Virus record (IMG/VR): IMGVR_UViG_3300038426_000018
Coordinates: 1 to 56,331 of that record
Reading direction: 5' to 3' (one strand)
DNA: 56,331 nucleotides
Source: a virus
Lineage: Duplodnaviria > Caudoviricetes
Shown one piece after another: positions 7,522 through 17,302 of this stretch (position 1 is its first letter; each line of letters begins with the position of its first letter). The position numbers and the translations under genes are program-made. The notes beneath the pieces were generated by a model that saw only the letters and a program-made list of their open reading frames with translations, searched no databases and was not told the origin of the DNA.

Positions 7522-10056
7522 ATGGGAAGCACCGACGCCTTACGCATCTTGACCCAGATGGACATCGGCCCGATCCTGTCGGGAATGAACGGGGCCGCCG
7601 ACGCGGTTACTTCTGGAACCGGCAGGATGAACGCCGACTTCCAGAAAATGCAGGCTCAATTCGAGTCGACCGTCGCGGGCATGAGGGCCGAAGCCGAGCA
7701 GCTGCAGGCCCGAGTCGCGGAACTCGAAGCCCAACTCGCGAACGTGGGCAAGCGCGGGATCTCAAGCGCGACCGAAGCCCGACACGCCATGCGGGGCCTG
7801 GGCGAGGAAATAGGCATCCACATGCCTCGCTTCGTTTCCACCTTCCTGTCCTCCTTGGGTCCGGTCGCCACGGTCGCGGCCGCCGCCTTCACCCCGATCG
7901 CGATCGTCGGAATGATTCAAGTCCTCGGGCAGATCCCCGGCGCGATCGAGAAGGGCATCAGTTCGCTGCGCGGTTGGGACGCCGAAGCCAAGAAGACTTT
8001 CGAGGACTCGCAGGCCCACATCATCGCGATGACCCGCGCCATGATCGACGGCGCGAATTCCATCTCCAAGGCGCAGGCCACGGCCGGGAAAAGCGGCCTG
8101 GTCCGAACGGCCGCAGAGAAGGAAGCCCTCGACAAGGAGATCGCCAACTACGAGAAATACCAGACGACCCTGAAGGCCCAACTGTCCGCGTCTGAAAACG
8201 TGAAGAAGTCGATCGAGGTTTCCTGGAAAGGAATCGGCAGCGAAATGCTGCACGCGTTCGAGGGGATGCCCTCGCCGGAATCCTCGAAACTTTTCCTGCG
8301 GCCTTTCATGGGACCCGAACTCGACCAGGCGAAGACGAACATCGGAAACCTGAAGAAGCAGATCGAGGACCTCGACCTCACGTTGGTTCGGCTGCGGGCG
8401 CAGGCCAAGATCGTTCCGATCGAATCCGCAGGAGAGAGCGCCAAGGAGATCGACGAAACCAAGGACGCCAAGATCACCGCCGACCATCAGGCCGCGCTTG
8501 CCAAGGTCGAAACCGACAAAGCCGCGTTGGAAGAAGAACGACGCTTGAACAAAGTGACCCTGGACGAGTACGTCGCCCAGGCGAAAGCGATCGCCGCGCA
8601 GGAACTCGCGATCAACCTGGCGACGATCAACCAGAAACGCGCCCAGGCCCGCGCCGAAGAGAAGACGGTCGGGACTCCTGCAGGCCCGAAGATGGAAGCC
8701 CTCCGGGGCGAAGAAGTCGCGGCGCGGGAAACGACGGCCCGCGAGGTTCAGAAGATCGAAACGACGGCTGCGGCCGAGCGGATCACTCTGAACGAAAACG
8801 AAACCAAGGCCCGGATAGAAAACCAGAAGCGGTACCAGCTCGCCGTCGTCGCCGGCGAAGAGGAAGTGATCAAGGAACAGTACGCCGCGCACCAGATTTC
8901 GGCGGCGCAGGAGACGGCCCGGTTGACCGGCGTGGCCGACCAGAGGTTCGGAATCGAGAGGGCCGCGCTCGTGAAGGAAGTCGAGGAAGCGGGGAAGCAG
9001 GGCGAGAAGAAACGGGCGCTGTTGATAACCCTGCTCGGGCAACTGCAGACCCTAGAAGTGGAACACGCGAACTCTGTGCAGGCTATCAAGGCCGAGGGTA
9101 CGCGAAAGGAAATAGCAGACCGTCAGATCGCCGAAGAGATCGCGTTGCGCGACGCCGAGGAAACGGCCGCGATGGAGTTGAAGTACGCACAGTTCGTCGA
9201 CGCGCAGAAACTCAAAAGCCATCAGATCTCGATGAGCCAGTACGCGAAGGATCAGCAGGCCGCGCTCGACAAAAACTTCAACGACATGCGGACCGCCATG
9301 GACAAGTGGATCGCTTTCATGGAAGCCAACAACGAGAAGGGCACGCGGCAATACCAGATGGCCCTGGCGAAGCGAAAGGAACTCTACCAGAAATACATTC
9401 TGGATTCGGAGAAACTGACGGCCCAACTCAACGCGAAAGAGCAGGCGGCCATCCTTCAAATGCAATCGCTGTGGAACGGCGCGTTCACCCAATGGATCAC
9501 GGGGCACGAAACCCTGGCGAAGGCGGTCGTGAAAGCCTGGGACACGATGCTGGTCGGGATCGTCAACAACCTCCTGAAGATGCTCGAACAAATGTTGGTG
9601 AACTACGCCATGCAGAAAGCGGCTTCGAGTAAAAACATCCTGCAGCAGGCCAAGGAAGCGGCCGCGAAAGCCTACAACGCGATGGCGGGCATCCCTTACG
9701 TCGGCCCCGTTCTCGGCGCTGCGGCTGCGGCGGCCGTGTTCGCGGGCGTGATGGCTTTCGGTACGGCGGCGAAAGGCGCGGTGGCTCCCGAGGACATGAT
9801 GATGTTTCAGCACGCGAAGGAAATGACTTTGCCGGCGCACCTGTCCACGGGCGTCGAGGCCATGGTGAAAGCCTACACCTCCGGAGCGGGCGCGGGAGGA
9901 CCGGCGGCCATGCGAGGCCCCGCTCCCACGATCAACTACCAGCCCACGGTGTACGGTGAGAAACAGTGGGCGAAGAAAATGCTTCGTCAGCACTCCGACG
10001 AACTCGGTGCGATCGTCCAACAACTGATGCGCGACGGAAAAGTTCGCGCCTATTGA
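7522..10056 (+). CDS. Tape measure protein
   Basis: 844 aa, Ala/Glu/Lys-rich helical; AMAGIPYVGPVLGAAAAAA C-terminal motif; position. Confidence 0.9.
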   Translation: MGSTDALRILTQMDIGPILSGMNGAADAVTSGTGRMNADFQKMQAQFESTVAGMRAEAEQLQARVAELEAQLANVGKRGISSATEARHAMRGLGEEIGIHMPRFVSTFLSSLGPVATVAAAAFTPIAIVGMIQVLGQIPGAIEKGISSLRGWDAEAKKTFEDSQAHIIAMTRAMIDGANSISKAQATAGKSGLVRTAAEKEALDKEIANYEKYQTTLKAQLSASENVKKSIEVSWKGIGSEMLHAFEGMPSPESSKLFLRPFMGPELDQAKTNIGNLKKQIEDLDLTLVRLRAQAKIVPIESAGESAKEIDETKDAKITADHQAALAKVETDKAALEEERRLNKVTLDEYVAQAKAIAAQELAINLATINQKRAQARAEEKTVGTPAGPKMEALRGEEVAARETTAREVQKIETTAAAERITLNENETKARIENQKRYQLAVVAGEEEVIKEQYAAHQISAAQETARLTGVADQRFGIERAALVKEVEEAGKQGEKKRALLITLLGQLQTLEVEHANSVQAIKAEGTRKEIADRQIAEEIALRDAEETAAMELKYAQFVDAQKLKSHQISMSQYAKDQQAALDKNFNDMRTAMDKWIAFMEANNEKGTRQYQMALAKRKELYQKYILDSEKLTAQLNAKEQAAILQMQSLWNGAFTQWITGHETLAKAVVKAWDTMLVGIVNNLLKMLEQMLVNYAMQKAASSKNILQQAKEAAAKAYNAMAGIPYVGPVLGAAAAAAVFAGVMAFGTAAKGAVAPEDMMMFQHAKEMTLPAHLSTGVEAMVKAYTSGAGAGGPAAMRGPAPTINYQPTVYGEKQWAKKMLRQHSDELGAIVQQLMRDGKVRAY

Positions 10057-10062
10057 GGCGTC

Positions 10063-10791
10063 ATGAGCAACGACGTTTACCCGAACGCGGTACGAGGCTT
10101 GACTTTCACGGTGGTTCGAGCTCCGGAATTTTCCACCGTCGTTCACTCGGCCCCGAACTTTCAGCAGACCCGAATCAGGCAGGCGGCCAACCCGCGCTGG
10201 CATTGGGAATTGAAGTACGATTATTTGAAAAACATCCCGACCGACCTGGCGCCGACCCTGACGCAAACGGACCTGGCGACCCTCTTCGGTTTCTTCCTCG
10301 GGCACTGCGGCGAGTGGGACGACTTCGTTTTCAACGACGCGCAGACGCCGGACAACTCGGTCGGACCCGCCCTGATAGCGGGGAATCCGAACCCGAACGC
10401 GCAACTGCAACTCCTGCAGGACAGCGAAACGTCGGTTTGGTATTCGCCGATCCAAAGGAATTTCGGCGGCTGGTTCCTCGAAGACATCGCGGACCTGAAC
10501 GGCGCGATCGCCGTGTACGACAACAAGGTGCTGAAGACGTTGAACACTCACTACCAGGTCCTCGGACCCGGACTCGCGATCCCCGGATACTCGTTCGCCG
10601 GCAAGTACCTCGAATGGCTTTACACGCCGACGGGTCCGATCAACGTCGCGTTCAATTTCTATTTCCGCGTCCACTACGAAATGGACCGCCTGGACTTCGA
10701 AAAATTCATGGACCGGCTTTGGACGGGCGGGGGACAGCGGGGCGGCAGTTCCATTAAAATCGAAACGTCGAGGATATACATCCCGTCATGA
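10063..10791 (+). CDS. Distal tail protein (DUF2460-like)
   Basis: PEFSTVV, PRWHWEL.YDYL, LFGFF..G.WDDFVF, FNFYFRV motifs; follows tape measure. Confidence 0.75.
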   Translation: MSNDVYPNAVRGLTFTVVRAPEFSTVVHSAPNFQQTRIRQAANPRWHWELKYDYLKNIPTDLAPTLTQTDLATLFGFFLGHCGEWDDFVFNDAQTPDNSVGPALIAGNPNPNAQLQLLQDSETSVWYSPIQRNFGGWFLEDIADLNGAIAVYDNKVLKTLNTHYQVLGPGLAIPGYSFAGKYLEWLYTPTGPINVAFNFYFRVHYEMDRLDFEKFMDRLWTGGGQRGGSSIKIETSRIYIPS

Positions 10792-11714
10792 AAAGAGTCA
10801 TCAACGGAAAGAACATCGACACGACGACCTCGGTGATCGCGTGGTTGAAGTCCATCAACAACCCGATGATCTGCTGCCTGTACCTCATCGGGGAAGTGGA
10901 CGACCCGGACGCGCTGTTCCTCACCGATTGGGATTCGCCCTTGCGCTATTCGCTTTACGGGACCTTCTGGCCCGCCGTGATCTCCCGCGCCCAGGTCCCG
11001 AGTAAGATCGGTTTCGAGGTCGCGAAGCTGCAGGTCAGTTACTCTCCGAAGTCGGCCCCGACTCAGTCCATGGCGACTGCGGACCCTTACCAGCGGGCGC
11101 AGGAAAGTTTCTACGACGATTGGCCGATGCGGATCTGGAATTGCTACATGCCCACGCGCGGCGACGCGAACACGTACGGGTGTTCGGAACTCTTCGGAGG
11201 CCGGATCGGGGACACCGAAATCGACCGCGGCGAAATCCGTTTCGCCTGCACGAGCTTCCTGGACGTGGTCAACCAGATGGTACCGGCCCAGGTGATCGAG
11301 ATCACGAACCCGATGGCTGCGGCCACGGGCGCTGTTCCTCCTCCGGGCATGTCGCAGATCCCGCAGTTCAACGTGATCGCCGGCAGCACGCAGACGGAAC
11401 TGATCTGCGATTGCACCTGGCCCGACGCGCACCACCTTTTCGCGGACGATTCGTTGCACAACGGCTTCATCGTTTTCAACAAGGCCCCAGGCGCGACTCT
11501 CGGCGGGCAATGGTCGGGGATCCAGAACAACAGGACGATCAACGTCGGAGGGAACAACTACAACGCGATCACCCTGTACGCGCGGATGCCCTTCGCGCCG
11601 ACTCCCGGATCGGACACCTTTTATCTTTCGGGCAAAGCGCCCGTCAACCAGGGAGACCAGGGCGCGGACTATTACGGCTTCCCGTATCTGCCCATGCCGG
11701 AGTCGAGCATATGA
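10788..11714 (+). CDS. Baseplate hub protein (DUF2163/BR0599-like)
   Basis: LFGGRIGD.EIDR, C-terminal YGFPYLP.PE; GTA-type gene order. Confidence 0.75.
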   Translation: MKRVINGKNIDTTTSVIAWLKSINNPMICCLYLIGEVDDPDALFLTDWDSPLRYSLYGTFWPAVISRAQVPSKIGFEVAKLQVSYSPKSAPTQSMATADPYQRAQESFYDDWPMRIWNCYMPTRGDANTYGCSELFGGRIGDTEIDRGEIRFACTSFLDVVNQMVPAQVIEITNPMAAATGAVPPPGMSQIPQFNVIAGSTQTELICDCTWPDAHHLFADDSLHNGFIVFNKAPGATLGGQWSGIQNNRTINVGGNNYNAITLYARMPFAPTPGSDTFYLSGKAPVNQGDQGADYYGFPYLPMPESSI

Positions 11715-12181
11715 CCGAAGACGAGCTCCGAAAGAAAGTGATCGAAGAAGCCTTGACCTGGCTCGGGACTCCTTACCACATCGGAGCGAGGATCAAAGGA
11801 GTCGGGGCCGATTGCGCGACGTTCATCCTGCAGGTGTTCGTCGACTCCGGGATCTTCACCGACGAACGGCTCGGGAATTTCTCGGGCGATTGGTGGTGCC
11901 ACGCGACCGACGAGAAATACGCGATCCACGTTTTAAGGCACGCCCACAAGGTCCTCGAATCCGTCTGCTATCGGTCGCTGAAGATAAAGCCTGGGAGCAT
12001 CGTCCTCGGGAGAGTCACCAGGTCGAAGGTGCTGAACCACGGCGCGATCGTGATCGACTATCCGAAAGCGATCCATTGCATCGCCCCGCGCGTGTGCTTG
12101 ACGAACCTGTCGATCGACGCGCTTTGGTCCTACGTTCCCATCGAAGTGTTTGATCCTTTCCAGGAAAGGAAACCGGAATGA
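11711..12181 (+). CDS. Tail-associated NlpC/P60 peptidase
   Basis: WLGTPYH..IKGVGADC, NHGAIV, AIH motifs. Confidence 0.85.
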   Translation: MTEDELRKKVIEEALTWLGTPYHIGARIKGVGADCATFILQVFVDSGIFTDERLGNFSGDWWCHATDEKYAIHVLRHAHKVLESVCYRSLKIKPGSIVLGRVTRSKVLNHGAIVIDYPKAIHCIAPRVCLTNLSIDALWSYVPIEVFDPFQERKPE

Positions 12182-15100
12182 GTCTCGGGAAGGCAAACAA
12201 CGCGGCCGTTCGGCCTTCGGGCCTGGGAACCCAACTGCAGTCGTCGACGTACGGTTCTGTGATCCCGACCATCATCGGGCGAACGCGCACGACCATGTCG
12301 TTGATCTGGTGCAACAACCTGCAGCAGCACGGCGGCTCGGGCAAGAAAGGCAAAGCGGGAGGAGGGAAGAAAGGCAGCGCCACCACGTACACCGAGGCCG
12401 TGGACTTCCTCCTCGGGTCGAACCCGATCGTCAGCCCGCTGCAGATCTGGGCGGATCAAGATCAAAACTATCTTCTCAACTTCACGGCGCACACTTCCAT
12501 CTGCGTGTCGGGCGGTTCCGAAACGGTTTCGTTCGTCGACAACCGTTTCTATTGCATCCTCGGCGTGTCGCTCATGACGAAGTACGACGTCACGTTCGAC
12601 GATTACGGAGGAGGAGGGCCGCAGGAGTTCTCCAACCTCTTCGACCAAACCCCGCTTTGGAACGCGGCGACCGCAGGCCCCGACCCGACGAATCCGACGG
12701 CGTATCGCAAATGGCCCTTCTGTTTCTACTGGCTTCCCGGCTCCGGGCCTTCGATAAAAATTCCGGCGATCCCGCTCGGACTTTTCGACCCGTTCGTGAA
12801 CGACCCCGGATACATGCGCGTGACGATCTACTACGCTCAGTTGCAGCCGGGAAAACAAAGCCCGGTCGCGCAACTGCGCCTCGGGTTCGAGCCTCAACTC
12901 GGAGAAGGAAACGAGTACAGCGGGTTCGAGGACCAGCAACTCATCTATCCTCCTTTCGCCGGACTCGGATCTCCGAACTTGGACCTCGGCGGCGGCGGTC
13001 TCATTCCGAACATACGGCTCGAAGTCGTCGGGTCGTTTCCTTACTACAGCACCGGCGACGCCGAACACGCGGACATGGTCGAGGACATTTTCAAGGCCGC
13101 CCAAGCGCAGGCCGCCTACGGGTTGGCCCAGGCCCGCACTTCCCTGCAACGGGGCCTGCAGTGTTACGAGTTTCCGGGAGCCACGCAAAAGAAAGCCTAC
13201 GCTTGCGCCGACGGAACGAAGTCGCCCATGCAAGCGCCGGTGTTCGATCTCGGCTGCGGCTCCGGGGTCCTCCTCGCGGCCGCGAGCGCGGCTTCGGGTT
13301 GGAGTGCGGCCGCCACGATTTCAGACGACGCCGGACACGTTTGGAACGCGCTGGTGCCCGACCAGCGATCGGCGCAACGGCAGATCTGGTACGCCCTGCC
13401 CGACGACGTGGGGAACGCCGCGATCGACCCGGTGGCGTTGAACCTGGCGGGAGCGAACGCCGACTTGCAACTCCTCGAGATCTCGGGTTTAGATTCGGCC
13501 GCCCTCGACGCGTACCAGGTTTATCAGTCAACGGGATCCGGAGGGCAGACGAGCCTGACGGGTTCCATCACCACGACGAACGACCCGGGGAAGCCCGCGT
13601 ACATCGTCGCGTGGGTGTTCTCCGCGAGCCCGATGGACCCGACCAAGTGGAAGCCTCGAACCCCGTTGAAAGTTTTGATCGCTCCTCAAACCGGAAGCCT
13701 GCAGCGGAGCGATTACGCGATCGTGCGCAACCCCGGCACGTACTCGTTCACCTACGACCTCGCCGGAACGATGGGAGACTCCCAAGAGTGGACGTTGGTT
13801 CTCGTCGCCCTGAAGGCGACCCAACCGGCAAGCTACGCGAAGCCGCTGCAGAACATCCTCGACGACGACACGCTGGACCTGTGCCGTTTGCAATGCAGGG
13901 CGAACGGCCTGAAGGGAAGCCTTTGCATGGACTCCCAGAAGAAGGCTTCGGATTGGTTGGGAGACATCTACACGGCGATGAACGCCGCGCCCGTGTGGTC
14001 GGGCTTCCGGTTGAAATCCATTCCGCTCTCCGAAGTCTCAGCCGTAGGCAACGGGGCTGTATATACAGCTCCGACGGCGAGCGGACCCGTCGTGGACCTG
14101 GGCGAATCCGATTTCGTCGCGGACCCAGGCCAGCCGATGATCACGATCAAGCACAAGGCCCGCGTCGACTCTCCCAACCTCCTGCAGATGCAGCATCCGA
14201 ACCGCGCCAGCAACTACGTCGACATCAACACGTCGGACCCTTACGCCGGTTCGATCGCCAACTACGGGACGCGCAAGAGCTCGCCCGTGGTCAACCGGAC
14301 CGTTCAGGACGACACGATCGCGCGGATGCTCCTCGGGATCATGACTCGCCGGCAGAACGTGCTGCGCAACGATTACCAGTTCACCCTGCAGGGCCGTTGG
14401 AAGCTGCTGGAAGCGATGGACCTCGTCACCATCAGCGATTCGATCCTCGGGCTTTATTACTTCCCCGTTCGCCTGAAGGAAGCCAACGAAAACAAGGAAC
14501 ACGACGTCGAGTGCATAGCCGAGCCTTTCGTCTACGGCCTGCACGCGCCGATCGAGGCTTCCATCACCGACCACGTTCCTTACGATCCGGGAAAGCTGCA
14601 CGTGCCCGACAGCGTGAACGCGCCCGCCTTCATCGAGGCCGTCGCCGGAATGGAGGACTCGCCCACGGGTCCGGAACTCTGGATCGGGATCTCGGACGCA
14701 GATCCTTTGTACGGCGCGTGTCAGGTTTACGTTTCGACCGACGGCGGGACCTCCTACAAACTCCTGGGGTCCGCGATCGGCAACGCGGTCACCGGCGCGG
14801 TCCAAACCGAATGGCCCGGAGGACAGGACCCCGACACGACGAACGACCTGCACGTGGACCTCACCGAATCGCTCGGCGCTTTGCTCTCGTACGGGATCGC
14901 GGACGAGGACGCGTTCGTCTATCCTTGTTACGTCGAGGGCGGCTCGGCCGAGGTTCCTTACGAGGTCATGTCCTACGCGGTCGCAGATCCCACGGGCGCG
15001 AACAAGTACGCGCTGAAGGCCACCGGAGGAGGAAACCACCTTCGGCGCGGCGCGTTCTTCACGGCGATCGCGGACCACCCGGTCGGGAAGCGTTTCGTTT

Positions 15101-16731
15101 TTCTCGACCCCACGTCCAAAGGAATTTTCAAATTCGCGCTGGACCCGACCTGGATCGGGCAGACGTTGTATTTCAAATTCCCCGCGATCAACAAATACGG
15201 CTTCGGCCTGCAGGACCTCTCGGACTGCACGGCCTATCCTTTCACGCCCTTGGGAATCTGGAAGGCGGTCATCCAGACCAACGCGCCCGATCAGATTTGG
15301 AGGATCGGCGTTCTGCGCGGCGACAACATCCTGTTCGGATGCCTGGCGAGGAAGAACAACGCTGACGTGGACGAAGCCGAATTCCGGGCCTCGCTCGTTC
15401 CGATCGGAACCACGGTCGATCACGTCGACATGCGGCTGCCGGCAGAAGGAGGGACGTTCGTCCCGGACGGCGTCACGAAGTATTCGGTCACGGGCATCAA
15501 ATCGACCTGGGCCGGGGCGCATTGGGTGATCTTCTTCACCACGCATCGGGGCCAGTGGTATTACACGTTCCGGCTTCACAGCCAATCGGGCGGGTGGTCG
15601 AACTGGACCGAGGGCAACCTCGTGCCTCAGTACGTGGTCGACTACGTCAACACGGAGCAAAGCAGCCTGGTCGATTCGGGTCCTCCTGCAGGCTGGACCG
15701 TTCAGGTGATCGCGGGTCCGATCGACGGCACTTGTCAGGTCGTGGCGAGCCGACCCGCGACGAACGGCCACCGGATTCCCTTCGTTGAATTCCAGGTCCG
15801 CGACGCTTCGTCCTCTGGTGCATGGCGGGGCCTGGACGAAGACGCGGGCGCGGCCGCCACTTACTACGACGGCTCGGGAGTTTCTCACACGTACGACCCG
15901 GTCAATCAAACTCTGACCCGCGACGACGCGACGCCCTTCGGACTCAGCGGCGACAAGGCGTACATGCTCATCTACGATCAACGCGCGGGTCTGTTCAACA
16001 AGCAATACTGCGATTGGGGCGGCCTTTCGATCGGGCAAGTTTCCGGCAGCGTCATAAGCGGGTTGACCATCCAGTTTTCGTTCGCGCCCACGGGCGGGCT
16101 TTACCACAACGTCCGGATAAAAATAATCCGCGCGCCCTGGGATTGGAACGACTCGAACCCGACGAACGACGACGGATTCCAAGGCATCAACGGGTACAAC
16201 GGCCTGCAACTTTGGGATCAACCCTCGGCCGGAGACTTGAGCAGCCGGACCTTCACGAGCGCACCGTTTCAGATCCCCGCAGGAAAAACTTTGCAGGACA
16301 TGCAGGGCCGCGTTTGGTTCGCCAACTATTATTCCTTCAGCGACGACGCCACCGTTTCGCCCTCGCCTTCTCCGGACGCCCCGACGGGTCCGAGTTTCAT
16401 CACGTATCTCACCGACGCGCCCGTCGTGAATGTCGACTGCAGCCAGGGGCCTTTGTTCAAATTGAAGCTGACGGGCAACCACGCGCTCGGGACCCTGACG
16501 AACATGTACGACGGCGAGTTGATAGGAATCGTGCTCCAACAGGACGTGGTCGGCACCCGCACGTTCAGCCTCGCGTCGAGCACTCCTTCGGTCCGCTTTG
16601 GAACTCAGGTCAAGTCGAGCGATTACGTTTTGTCGACGACGCCCGGAGCGCAAGATTATTTGATCCTGTGTTACTGCGCGGCCGACAACGTCTTCGACGT
16701 GGTTTCCTTCACTCCGGGATACGGTGCATGA
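12178..16731 (+). CDS. Large tail tip / central fibre protein (GTA megatron/Phage-tail_3-like)
   Basis: 1517 aa; QSSTYGSVIP..GR..LIW N-terminus, LLEAMDLVTI, YFKF.AIN.YG...QDLSD; C-terminal fibre-type domain. Confidence 0.85.
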   Translation: MSLGKANNAAVRPSGLGTQLQSSTYGSVIPTIIGRTRTTMSLIWCNNLQQHGGSGKKGKAGGGKKGSATTYTEAVDFLLGSNPIVSPLQIWADQDQNYLLNFTAHTSICVSGGSETVSFVDNRFYCILGVSLMTKYDVTFDDYGGGGPQEFSNLFDQTPLWNAATAGPDPTNPTAYRKWPFCFYWLPGSGPSIKIPAIPLGLFDPFVNDPGYMRVTIYYAQLQPGKQSPVAQLRLGFEPQLGEGNEYSGFEDQQLIYPPFAGLGSPNLDLGGGGLIPNIRLEVVGSFPYYSTGDAEHADMVEDIFKAAQAQAAYGLAQARTSLQRGLQCYEFPGATQKKAYACADGTKSPMQAPVFDLGCGSGVLLAAASAASGWSAAATISDDAGHVWNALVPDQRSAQRQIWYALPDDVGNAAIDPVALNLAGANADLQLLEISGLDSAALDAYQVYQSTGSGGQTSLTGSITTTNDPGKPAYIVAWVFSASPMDPTKWKPRTPLKVLIAPQTGSLQRSDYAIVRNPGTYSFTYDLAGTMGDSQEWTLVLVALKATQPASYAKPLQNILDDDTLDLCRLQCRANGLKGSLCMDSQKKASDWLGDIYTAMNAAPVWSGFRLKSIPLSEVSAVGNGAVYTAPTASGPVVDLGESDFVADPGQPMITIKHKARVDSPNLLQMQHPNRASNYVDINTSDPYAGSIANYGTRKSSPVVNRTVQDDTIARMLLGIMTRRQNVLRNDYQFTLQGRWKLLEAMDLVTISDSILGLYYFPVRLKEANENKEHDVECIAEPFVYGLHAPIEASITDHVPYDPGKLHVPDSVNAPAFIEAVAGMEDSPTGPELWIGISDADPLYGACQVYVSTDGGTSYKLLGSAIGNAVTGAVQTEWPGGQDPDTTNDLHVDLTESLGALLSYGIADEDAFVYPCYVEGGSAEVPYEVMSYAVADPTGANKYALKATGGGNHLRRGAFFTAIADHPVGKRFVFLDPTSKGIFKFALDPTWIGQTLYFKFPAINKYGFGLQDLSDCTAYPFTPLGIWKAVIQTNAPDQIWRIGVLRGDNILFGCLARKNNADVDEAEFRASLVPIGTTVDHVDMRLPAEGGTFVPDGVTKYSVTGIKSTWAGAHWVIFFTTHRGQWYYTFRLHSQSGGWSNWTEGNLVPQYVVDYVNTEQSSLVDSGPPAGWTVQVIAGPIDGTCQVVASRPATNGHRIPFVEFQVRDASSSGAWRGLDEDAGAAATYYDGSGVSHTYDPVNQTLTRDDATPFGLSGDKAYMLIYDQRAGLFNKQYCDWGGLSIGQVSGSVISGLTIQFSFAPTGGLYHNVRIKIIRAPWDWNDSNPTNDDGFQGINGYNGLQLWDQPSAGDLSSRTFTSAPFQIPAGKTLQDMQGRVWFANYYSFSDDATVSPSPSPDAPTGPSFITYLTDAPVVNVDCSQGPLFKLKLTGNHALGTLTNMYDGELIGIVLQQDVVGTRTFSLASSTPSVRFGTQVKSSDYVLSTTPGAQDYLILCYCAADNVFDVVSFTPGYGA

Positions 16732-17294
16732 GCGACTGGATCGAACGCCAACCCGCAGGAGCGGTCGACAAACTTTGGGATTGCCTCGCCGGCAGCGGCG
16801 ACGGAATGACCCTCATAGTTTGCGCGGCGAATTCCCGGATCTGGGTTTCCACGAATCGCGGTATTTCCTGGACCGAAGTCCAACCGGCCGGGAACGTGTC
16901 GCGGAATTGGCACGCGGTGGCCTGCAGCGCGAACGGCGCGGTGATGATGGCGGCCTGCATCAGCACCAACGGCCGCCTTTACGTTTCCACCAACACCGGG
17001 TCTTCCTGGTCGGAAGTCCAACCGGCCGGGGCCGCCGATAAAAACTGGATGACCTGCGCCGTCAGCGGAGACGGCCAAACCATGTTGGCGGGAATATACA
17101 CGGGGCGGCTTTATCTTTCCACGAACCAGGGATCGAGTTGGTCCGAGGTTCAACCGGCCGGGGCCGTGAGCGCGATGTGGACCTCCTGCGCGATTAATTC
17201 CGACGGGACCAAAATGATCTGCTGCGCCCAGACGGGGCGCGTTTGGGTTTCCACAAATCAGGGCGGCGCGTGGACCGAGGCCGTTCCTTTTTAG
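16728..17294 (+). CDS. Asp-box-like beta-propeller protein, 4 blades (5' part of an interrupted gene)
   Basis: ATGA overlap; repeats of RLYxSTNxGxSWxEVQPAG; stops abruptly at WTEAVPF. Confidence 0.8.
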   Translation: MSDWIERQPAGAVDKLWDCLAGSGDGMTLIVCAANSRIWVSTNRGISWTEVQPAGNVSRNWHAVACSANGAVMMAACISTNGRLYVSTNTGSSWSEVQPAGAADKNWMTCAVSGDGQTMLAGIYTGRLYLSTNQGSSWSEVQPAGAVSAMWTSCAINSDGTKMICCAQTGRVWVSTNQGGAWTEAVPF

Positions 17295-17302
17295 AGGGCT
17301 AA